22,274 bases of DNA. Source: Candidatus Hermodarchaeota archaeon. GTDB lineage: Archaea; Asgardarchaeota; Hermodarchaeia; Hermodarchaeales; Hermodarchaeaceae. Positions 8,105 through 17,500 of the stretch are shown piece after piece (the stretch's first letter is position 1; each line of letters starts with the position of its first letter). The position numbers and the translations under genes were made by a program. The stretch is taken from positions 1 to 22,274 of the forward strand of contig JAEOTO010000043.1 of the NCBI GenBank assembly GCA_016839805.1, read 5' to 3'. A model generated the notes under the pieces. That model searched no databases. It was not told the DNA's origin and saw only the letters and a program-made list of their open reading frames with translations.

Positions 8105-10195
8105 ATGATTAGGGATGTTTACGTACTCAAACGGACTGGTGAAGTTCTGGTTCACAAGCCTTTTAGTAAACGCGGCGTTGATGATGCCATCTTTAGTGGA
8201 TTCTACAGCGCTCTCAGTGCTTTTGCTGAAGAACTTGGTCATGGTGGAATTGAAACCATTCAAATGGGCGATGTTAGTTTTTACTATGAACACAGCGAAG
8301 ACCTCCTCTTCGCCATTGCGGCAGATAAATCCCACAACGCAAAAGATGTCAAGATCGTGTTAACTGAGGTTAAACAGCAATTCACGGAAAAATACGCCGA
8401 CCGTGTTGCCGATTGGGATGGCAATCCCCTCCCCTTCCAAAAATTCACGAAAGACATCGAACTCATCGTCTCCGCCAAACCCAGTACCCAAGGCGAAGCA
8501 ACACTATTCACACTCCCCTTTGCCCTGGATGGCACACGATTAAAAGGCAAGTTCTTAACCGATCCAGAAATTAATGGCGACTATATTCTCGACTCCCGAC
8601 TCGAACTAGCCGCTGTTCATCTCCTCCTAGATGATATTCGACGAACCGAAAATAACCTCAAACCCTTGAAAGAAGGATGTTACGAATTTATTGCCAAACT
8701 CCTCTGGCCCATTTGGGTAGTAAAAAGTCCTGATGACCGGCTGTTACTCATTGATGGACTCAAACTCTTACAACCACAAGTTGCTAGAGGGTTTGTTCCT
8801 CCAGCTAGCCGTTATGAAGCACTACTCAACGTGAACGCATCCCCCGAATATCTAGCGGTGATGAACAAGCTCACCGAAGAAGTCCGAACAGCCGCCCAGT
8901 CCACACCATTTGACATCCATGTCATTCCAGCCAAGTTAGCTCAACAAATCCAACAGTTAGCTCGCATCACGAATGGTCAAGCACAGTTCGGTGTGCAACT
9001 TCCCAGTCGAATAAACCACAATCAAGCCAAGAAAGAAGCTGAGAATTTCTTCGCTGAAGCCATCAACACATACACAGAAGCAAGTAACCAATGGACAGAA
9101 TTTCGCACTTACTTTCAAAAGGATACCCAGAAATGGGAAGAACGCATTAACACCGAAATCATCACGCTTGAAGAACATTACAAAACCCGAAAGGTAACCA
9201 TAAAAAAAGAGATTGATATGGTCCTTACTGAGCTAGCTAAAGAAGAAGAGAAGGAATTAGTAGAAGTCGATAAATGGCGACAGAACCAAGAAACAACAAT
9301 ACTTGCCCCACTACAGACTAGTCTCGAACCACTCACCCAACAAATTTCCCAACAACAAACAGCACTGGAACAATTCCTCGAGAAAAACTCAGGCAGCAAG
9401 AGAGGAGCCAAGACCTTCATCAGTCAACTTACCCAAACCTTAGACCAATTCAACACCTTCACCACCTACGTTCGAAACCAATCCAAAGAAACCCGAAAAC
9501 AAATCCAACAAACTCAGCGAGAACTTAGCGACCTAGACAAGCAAGTGCAAGAGAAGAAACACCAAGTTCACCAACGTTTCGCAGTCCAAGAAAGGGAAGA
9601 AATCAAACGCCTTGATGCCTTACAAGAAGAACGGGAGATCCAACTCCAAGAAACCCAACACCGACTCAATAAACTCAAAGACCACGCTAATGAAATCGAT
9701 GACCTTATCAACGAACACATCATCCACAGCCAAAAACAACTCGAAACGTTTGAAAAATACCTCATTGAAAACGGAGCGTTGCTTCCCGCAGACTCCAAGA
9801 CTCCCATATACATTCCAATCTATTTCGCGGGGCTCAAACGAGAAGACGACAGTACCAAATTAATCATCATCCCACCACTTATTGTTCCACCCTCAAAACA
9901 TGAAACAGCTACAGCTCTTGGACAACGTTCCACCCCAATAGCATCCCTTTCAGCTGAGATGATACAATACTTAAAACAGCCCCTTGAAGCCGCATTAGCC
10001 AAGGATGAAAAATTCGCCAAACAAATCACACGATTCTCCCCACGACATAATCTACTACAAGACCCCCATATCGAAAGCCTCCTCTACTCAGGGCTGCATG
10101 CCATGTGGCAATCCAAGCTAATCCCCGAACGCCAACACACTCAAATCAAACTAGCCTGCATCGATATCTACCGCAGCACCAACGATAATTCCTAG
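8105..10195 (+). CDS. Longin-like domain protein with split alpha/beta domain and long coiled coil
   Basis: The N-terminus 'MIRDVYVLKRTGEVLVHK.F...VDDAIFSGFYSALSAFAEEL...IETIQMG...LLFAIAAD...VLTEVKQQFTEKY...WDGN..F..F' is a typical Asgard longin-like domain. A Q/E/K-rich heptad region at ~9060-9770 is bracketed by 'KLLWPIWVV' and 'IYIPIYFA'. ATG 8105 is preferred over TTG 8033. Confidence 0.8.
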   Translation: MIRDVYVLKRTGEVLVHKPFSKRGVDDAIFSGFYSALSAFAEELGHGGIETIQMGDVSFYYEHSEDLLFAIAADKSHNAKDVKIVLTEVKQQFTEKYADRVADWDGNPLPFQKFTKDIELIVSAKPSTQGEATLFTLPFALDGTRLKGKFLTDPEINGDYILDSRLELAAVHLLLDDIRRTENNLKPLKEGCYEFIAKLLWPIWVVKSPDDRLLLIDGLKLLQPQVARGFVPPASRYEALLNVNASPEYLAVMNKLTEEVRTAAQSTPFDIHVIPAKLAQQIQQLARITNGQAQFGVQLPSRINHNQAKKEAENFFAEAINTYTEASNQWTEFRTYFQKDTQKWEERINTEIITLEEHYKTRKVTIKKEIDMVLTELAKEEEKELVEVDKWRQNQETTILAPLQTSLEPLTQQISQQQTALEQFLEKNSGSKRGAKTFISQLTQTLDQFNTFTTYVRNQSKETRKQIQQTQRELSDLDKQVQEKKHQVHQRFAVQEREEIKRLDALQEEREIQLQETQHRLNKLKDHANEIDDLINEHIIHSQKQLETFEKYLIENGALLPADSKTPIYIPIYFAGLKREDDSTKLIIIPPLIVPPSKHETATALGQRSTPIASLSAEMIQYLKQPLEAALAKDEKFAKQITRFSPRHNLLQDPHIESLLYSGLHAMWQSKLIPERQHTQIKLACIDIYRSTNDNS

Positions 10196-10200
10196 TCCGA

Positions 10201-10436
10201 CTATCCCATATTCTGATAGTATTTTCCATGAAACATTGTATGTGATTCTGTCCATAAAGCCTGAATAACCTGGATGGCTTCCCGGGTTTAATCAACGCGG
10301 TTCGCATGCTCGAGAAATGTGGTTCCTAATCATTCACCAGCACATGATCTAGCCCCACCGCTTCGACAGCCTGAGCAGCTTTAATCGCTTGAGCAGGCGA
10401 AAAGAACTCCGAGAGAAGATGAATACCCAGTTTCAC
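10201..10436 (-). pseudogene. Degraded LLM-class (luciferase-like, possibly F420-dependent) oxidoreductase
   Basis: Fragment 1 (GTG 10436): MKLGIHLLSEFFSPAQAIKAAQAVEAVGLDHVLVND* resembles the LLM N-terminus (MKfGi...A..AE..GfD.vwv.DH). Fragment 2, in another frame from 10326: GTTFLEHANRVD*TREAIQVIQALWTESHTMFHGKYYQNMG* resembles the LLM segment 'G.pf....R...l.Ea.++.r.LWte....F.GkyY'. There is an internal deletion, a nonsense TAA at 10290-10288, and a 3' truncation. Confidence 0.8.
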
Positions 10437-10572
10437 AATCCATTCAATTCACAGAACAATTATTGGACTTTAGTTTTTTCAACACCTTTCAGGTTTATTC
10501 ATGAAAGGAAAAATCAGCAGAATTACTAGTAAAACGAAAATGAGAACTGGAACCGACAAATAAAAACGCGGG

Positions 10573-11259
10573 TTACGTAAATTCTTCCTTTTTCTTCGTT
10601 CCTTCACGTCCAGCGACTCGTCGTGCGGCCAGATGACGAAGCAAACTCACCGTCGTCCGCAACTTTGATGTTTCTTTCAAAATCAGCGTTTCAGCTGCGT
10701 CTTTATTCGTAACCATGTTAGCTCGAAGCAACACCTTCCGCATCCACGCCAACTGATCATCATCAAACGCCGGATTCGTAATCGCCTTTGAACTCAAATT
10801 CACCGTCATATGCTCCTTTGTCGACTCAGGTAACGTTTCATATTCTTCCTTGGTGACCATATAGATCAGCGCACCGACATCAATGCTATCCGGTAACACT
10901 CTTTCCATGAACCGTCGAATCCCCACGGTCACCGCTAGCGACCCAATCAACACAATAGTTTGTTCGCTGATACCCGCCGTCAACAGTGCCGCAGCCACCT
11001 CAACACCAAGATTCCGAATCACTGTTTGTACCGTAAACTCCACAGGTCGTATCTTCTCCTCCTCATCCGGGGCGTCAAAATCATGATAGCCTAATACTAG
11101 ACCCGAGCGAGAAAATTCCACCTTGAAGCCGTGTTCACAGACTTTCCCTGGAACAACTCGTCCCATAATGATGTTGCCTTGCACACTACTCCACGCGTCA
11201 TCGGGCACCTCCAGTTCTCCCGGGGTACTACATTTGGGACACGTGATTTTCAGCTTCAA
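10573..11259 (-). CDS. Asgard-type CxxC...CxH zinc-finger protein with C-terminal alpha/beta domain (possibly DENN-core-like)
   Basis: TTG start with GGAG RBS. The N-terminal domain reads 'ITCPKC...EVP...VCEHGF.V.F...G.V.GY..FD', and the C-terminal part has alternating helices and strands. Confidence 0.7.
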   Translation of the reverse strand: MKLKITCPKCSTPGELEVPDDAWSSVQGNIIMGRVVPGKVCEHGFKVEFSRSGLVLGYHDFDAPDEEEKIRPVEFTVQTVIRNLGVEVAAALLTAGISEQTIVLIGSLAVTVGIRRFMERVLPDSIDVGALIYMVTKEEYETLPESTKEHMTVNLSSKAITNPAFDDDQLAWMRKVLLRANMVTNKDAAETLILKETSKLRTTVSLLRHLAARRVAGREGTKKKEEFT

Positions 11260-11420
11260 CGTTCGACTCCTCGCTGGAGCAAGCCAACTAGTCTCAAGGA
11301 GACTTCTCCCTAAAATATCCTTCCATCAACACATCAGAAGGCAGGATTTCACTTCTTGTCACTGATAACTTGTTTATACGCATTTATGATAACGCAATTT
11401 TAATTGAATAACCTTCAAAT

Positions 11421-11471
11421 CAGATAAAGGTATTTAAAGCGTCTTACCACGGTCATAATAGCGGTTTGGCG
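11421..11471 (+). promoter_or_regulatory. BRE-TATA promoter plus conserved transcript-start element of the giant surface-protein gene (copy 1)
   Basis: CAGATAAAGG-TATTTAAA-GCGTC, then ATAAT and CGGTTTGGCG (11462-11471). A near-identical copy lies at 22150-22200. Confidence 0.75.
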
Positions 11472-11590
11472 AAGGATATCAGCGGAGCAAGTTTCCATTT
11501 ACAATGCAAAATCAATTACCATGCCATACGAATGGAAAGGAGATCTTCTTTCGTTACACTGCGAAATCTACAGCATTAGAGTGGAGTTGT

Positions 11591-14500
11591 ATGAATCGTC
11601 GGACTCTTGTCTGTTTGAGCTTTTTAGCCGTATTCCTTTTTTCCTTTATTTTTACTTTGGATTCAGTCACGGCTGTGAATCCGATTGAATTGGATCAAAC
11701 ACCCTTATCTGGTTCAGATTTGAGCCCGGTATCAGCTGCACTGTCCTCATTACCTCCACCCCCTGCCGGGCCAACCTATTCTGATGGTCAATACCAATAC
11801 GAAGGACTAGGAACTTCTCTCACCACAACGGAATACGCAAAGGGCTCTAATCTTTCGCTTCAAGTCTCTGACTTTGACTATGGTGAAAATAGATATGGGC
11901 AAGTTCGGCTACCTCGAGGTTGGACGGGTTATCGTCTAGAAGCTGATGTATACAATCTTTATGACCAACCCTATTTCATTCAGGGTAATCGGGAAAATGG
12001 GAATTTTAACACTATAGGCGCCGCTTGGACGGCCCAGAATAATGGCATGGGCGATAATACTTCTAATCCATATTATGGTACTAACTGGGGACCTACCTAC
12101 GGGTATTCGGGGAATGGCGTTCAAACGTGGGTAGAATGGTGGAGTGGATGGACCTGGGATGTCAACTCCTATGTAGTTTGGATAAATCCCATTAACATCC
12201 TACGGGACGACCCAGTTTATGCTAAACTCACATTTAGAGTTAATGTGAACCTTCTGGCAGGTAGCAGCGGTGGCCGAGGCCGAATGGTCATCTATGCAGA
12301 AATCGCTGGTATTGTCTACCGGTTGCTATTGGATGAACATTGCCCGAATAATAACCAATGGTACCAATTGAGCATCTCAGTACCCTATGATGATTTAGAA
12401 ACCTGGACAGTGCCAGGAACCATCAATGTTCGGTTAGGCCTATCATTTACAGGCACACAAAGCGCGTGGGATTATGAGTACTGGGGACTTCAATTTGATG
12501 ATGTAACACTAGAAGTTCGAGGACTGGTCAATCCCAATGATACCACCTGGCTTGATTTAGTAATGAACTCCACAATCGCAGACACTGCTGGATACGGATA
12601 TGGATCTTATTCGCGAATAGGAGCTTGGGCAAATCCCACCGAAGTCCATAAACGAGTTGTAGCCCATTGGCAAGCCACTAATACTGACGCACGTATGGTT
12701 GGGTTCAATTACAACCTAACATTATTCATCACCAGAGACGCAACGACCGAACAACAGGTTGGAACAGACGGTTCCAAATTTATGGTAAGAAATAATTCAG
12801 CGGTGTATTGGACCACCTGGGTGTATGCTTATCAACCGTATTTCTTTGCGGAATACAACCTTTCCATCACTCGTCCCACCAGCGAAACTTGGATCATCCA
12901 TAAAGTCACTGATGCCCTCTTCACAGATCGAACCAGCGCTGTTACCACAACTTCAACGCACTTCGTGCTTCCAAGTTCAGCAATAAACGACGTTTATGGG
13001 TGGTGGAACTTCACTTTTACTTCCACAAATCGCATAACATCAATTTCAACAGTTCAACCAATCTATTACATTAACCCTCGAACTCCCAATTCCATTACAC
13101 TAACAACTAATTTTGGTACTAATGTTGGTGAGGCTAACTTAACCCTCTATAACCCCGATGGCGATGTTATCAATGAAGAAATGAAGGTTCTCGCTGGCAG
13201 CTCTGTTGACTTCGCGACAATCAACTTCAATAATGGCTCAAAATATGTTGCGGGTCTATATTCTCTCTGTGTAAGTTATGATAACGGTACAACTCCTACA
13301 CAAACAGCTGCAGGGTTTCTTTCTCATGAATTCATAATCCAGCATTCATCAGATTTAACACAAGAATCCACAAATCTCTGGGTGAGTTATGGACCAGGTT
13401 CTTTCTATCCACGTGTTGTTTATAATGATACGGACAGGCTACTACCACCCTTTAATGTAGAGGAGGCTACAGTAACAGGTACAATTTCTGGGAATCCTGT
13501 AACATTCTATGAAGCTGGTGGCAGGTATGAAGCACAAATTGCCAATGACTTGTTAATTCCTGGTAATTACACTTTGAACGTGAACGCCAACAAAGTATAC
13601 TATGATAGTGATAGTTGCATAATCAACGTTTATGTCCGAAGTGACACAACAATAAGCTCTCCTGAATCCCCTGGACTAACCGTTCCATATGACGAAACTT
13701 TTGTAGTACAGGTCAATTATATCGATGGTTCCAGTGCAGGAATAACAGGTGCGAGCATATCTACACCAGGTTGGGTAAGTACAAGTGTTTTAGAGCTAGG
13801 AACCGCTGGTTGGTATAATCTTACCGTTGATACAACCGATAAGACATCTCCTGGTACTTATCAACTAACAATTAAGGCGTCAATGGAATATTATCAGAAT
13901 CAGTCGCTAGTTCTAACAATTGTTATTCGAGAAATTTCTACTTCAATCACCTATGACCCTCCAGGATCAGTACCTTGGGATGAAGACGTTGTTATTTCCT
14001 TTGATTTCGCTGTTAATGACCCAGAAAGCCAACATCATGGTAACGGACTCAGTAGTGCTTCTGTAAGCGCTCAACTCGATGGAAGCACGATATTTCCAGG
14101 GTCAGATTACATTTTAACAGATCTTGGGAGTGGACAATACACACTAACCATACTTGTATCAAGTGGAGAAATCAGCACCATAAAATCGTACACCCTCGTA
14201 ATTCAAGTGACTCCAGCAGATTCAAAATATAGCGATGCGAGTCGAACCATTACTTTCACTATCCGACCACTTGAAACAACCATTATTTATGATCCACCTT
14301 TACCAAAACCATGGGGTGAAGATTTAGTCATCATATTCAACTACTATGTCGATGACTCTGATAGTTCTCATAATGGTGAAGGTATCACAGGAGTGACTGA
14401 TATCACAGGTACAACACTTGATGGAGGTGCACTCCTCGGAGGTCAATACACACTTGTAGAGAACGGTGGAGGTCAATATACTCTTACTATCCTATATTCG

Positions 14501-17500
14501 AGTGGAAGAATTAGTAGTATCAAATCTTACACACTTCAGCTCTATGTTAACTCACCTGCTTCCGAATATTCCGATAGTAGTCGTCAAATCACTTTCAGTG
14601 TTCGCCCATTAATCATGCAAATCACGTTCGACCCAATTTCCACCACTCCATGGGGTGATAATGTTGTAATTGTATTTTATTATCGTGTTAGTGATACGGC
14701 TAGCAGTCAACATGGGAATGGTTTAGCAGGTGTCACGAGTATCGCTGGTTCCACGTTAGATGCAGTTGCCCTCAATCCAGTCGACTATTTGCTCATTGAT
14801 AACGGCGGTGGACAATACACATTGACTATACTCTATTCTAGTGGTAAACTTGACCTTATCAAAACCTACGATCTTGACCTTTATGTGAATTCACCTGATA
14901 CACAACATGAGGATGCATCTCAAAGTACTACATTTACGATAAGAACCCTTGCCACACAAATCACATATGATCCAGTGATTCCCGTACCCTGGAGCGAAGA
15001 TGTGGTCATCACTTTCTATTATACGGTAAACGATCCAGCTAGTTCTCAAGATGGAAACGATATCACTGGGGTCACTGCAATTACAGGCTCTACGCTTGAT
15101 GCAGTTGCACTCAATCCAGGCGACTATTCCCTAGTGGAAGTGGGAGGTGGTGAATACACACTTACAATCCTCTATTCCAGTGGTAGAATCAACAGCATCA
15201 AAGCTTATTCTCTCTTCTTATATGTCGTTTCTCCTGATGCCCAGCATAATGATGCATCTATCACATTTTCCTTTTCGGTTCGACAAATCCAGACCTTCAT
15301 TACATACGACGCAGTATCCCTCACACCCTGGGCAGAAGATATTGTCATCACCTTCTATTATGTCGTTAATGATCCCACTAGTTCACAGCATGGAAATGGA
15401 ATTCCTGGAGTTACAAGTATTGTCGGTTCGACGCTAGATGCTGTTGCATTAAATCTTGGCGAATACTCACTCGTGGATAATGGGGGTGGCCAATACACCC
15501 TCACCATTTTGTATAGTAGCGGCAAACTGGACAACATTCAATCTTATACTCTTCAACTCCATGTCGTTTCACCAGATACACAGCATGAGGACGCTACTCA
15601 GACAATCAACTTCACTGTTCGCACGCTTCTTACTTCGATCTCATTTGACCCTATTTCGCAAGTTCCCTATGGTGAAGACGTGATTATCACCTTTTATTTT
15701 GTGATTAATGATATCCAAAGCTCTCAAGATGGTTCGGGTTTGACGGGTGTAACATCCCTTACTGGTTCAACCTTAGATGGAACTGGCTTAGACCCAGCGG
15801 ATTATACACTGGTAGAAGTTGGGAGTGGCGAATACACCCTGACCCTCCTTTTCAGTAGCGGGAAGATCAATTCAATCAAAACATATACACTGGCTTTGCA
15901 CGTTGTATCACCAGCTGCTCAATATAATGCGGCTGATCGAACGACTACATTTATTGTCCGACAATTAGGCACCAAAATCTCCTATGATCCACCACTTCCC
16001 ACCCCTTGGGGGCAAGACGTCATCATCACAATTTATTATCTTGTTGAGGATACGGCTAGTGCCCAGCATGGAAATGGTATCACTGGTGTCACTAGCATCG
16101 CTGGTTCAACATTAGATGGAACAGCCCTTAATCCCAGTGAATATACCCTAGTGGAAGTTGGTAGCGGGGAATATACGCTAACCCTGCTTTATTCTAGCGG
16201 GAAACTAGAAAACATCAAAATTTACAACCTCCAACTCGTTCTTTTAGCACCTTCAGGTGAATATGCAAACGGAAACCAACAAGTCACGTTTACTATTCGG
16301 GCATTAACCACCCAGGTATTCTTCGATCAACCATCTCCAACCCCCTGGGGAGATGATGTGGTCATTATCTTCTATTATCGAGTAAGTGATTTGGCAAGCA
16401 CCCAACATGGAAATGGCATCACCGGCGTCACCAGCATCACAGGCTCCACCCTGGATGCTGTAGCATTAGATCCCGGTGATTACATGCTTGTCGACAATGG
16501 TGGCGGACAATACACCCTCACCATCCTTTACTCCAGTGGCAAACTTAATAACATCAAAACCTACACACTTTCCCTCTATGTGAATACCCCCCTCAGTCAA
16601 TATGATGATGCTTCCCGATCCTTAGATTTCGATGTCCGCATAATCGATACCCTCGTAACCTATACTCCCACTCCACCTGTACCCCGTGGAACCGATGTCA
16701 TAATCGTATTCTATTACACAGTTAACGATCCCTCAAGTTCTCAACATGGTAACGGTATCATAGGTGTCACCAGTATTGCAGGCTCCATGCTAGACGCTGT
16801 TGCTCTCAATCCAGCGGACTACACTCTAGTAGAAAATGGTGGTGGCCAATATACCCTTACCATCCTCTTCTCAAGCGGAAGGATCAGTTTAATAAAAACC
16901 TACTCATTATACCTCAACGTGCACTCGCCTGATGCACAACATGAAGATGCCTCCGAGAATGTTGGATTTGCGATTCGAACCATCCGAACAGCAATTAGCT
17001 ATGATGCTGTGGGAAGTGTTGCTTGGGGTTCAGATGTAGTCATCACCTTCTATTATATCGTCGATGACTCAGCTAGTGGAGAAGACGGAAATGGAATAGC
17101 AGGTGTCACCAGCATCGCTGGCTCAACCCTCGATGGACTTGGTCTCAACCCAGCTGACTACTTGCTTGTTGACGATGGTGGTGGCCAATACACCCTTACT
17201 ATCCTCTACTCCAGTGGTAAAATTGCCACAGTCAAAATATATTCATTGGCTTTACATGTGGTAGCACCAGTTAGTTATCATGAGAATGCCGACCAAACCA
17301 TCGGTTTTCGAATTCGTAACCACAATGTCGCCAGCAACATTGATCCCATTTCCACAATTCCTTGGCAGAACGATGGGACACTAATATTACGGGTTAACGA
17401 TGATGATGTAGGCACGCCTTTACCAGACATTGATATGATTGCCATCGAAATCATTGGACCAACAACTCTGTTTATTGATCACAACAACTGGAATACTTGG

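Noticed and set aside
4311-8157. GAAGTTCTGGT repeated at 4311 and 8141 (both encode EVLVH)
   Set aside because: A short match inside unrelated proteins, consistent with chance.
10196-10572. Structured ncRNA or tRNA in the long gap
   Set aside because: No tRNA, SRP or RNase P hallmarks were seen. Most of the gap is explained by the LLM pseudogene, leaving only a 7-bp inverted repeat (10485-10508).
11363-11393. TGATAAC direct repeat in the divergent promoter region
   Set aside because: A 7-mer pair in AT-rich DNA is too weak to call an operator.
11504-11590. 29-aa N-terminal extension of the giant ORF from ATG 11504
   Set aside because: No RBS precedes it. ATG 11591 has GGAG and directly begins a canonical signal peptide.
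13928-17314. CRISPR array or DGR template/variable repeat
   Set aside because: The units are 339-nt in-frame protein repeats that differ mostly at synonymous sites. There are no short identical repeats with spacers, no evident adenine-specific variation, and no cas or reverse transcriptase gene in the window.
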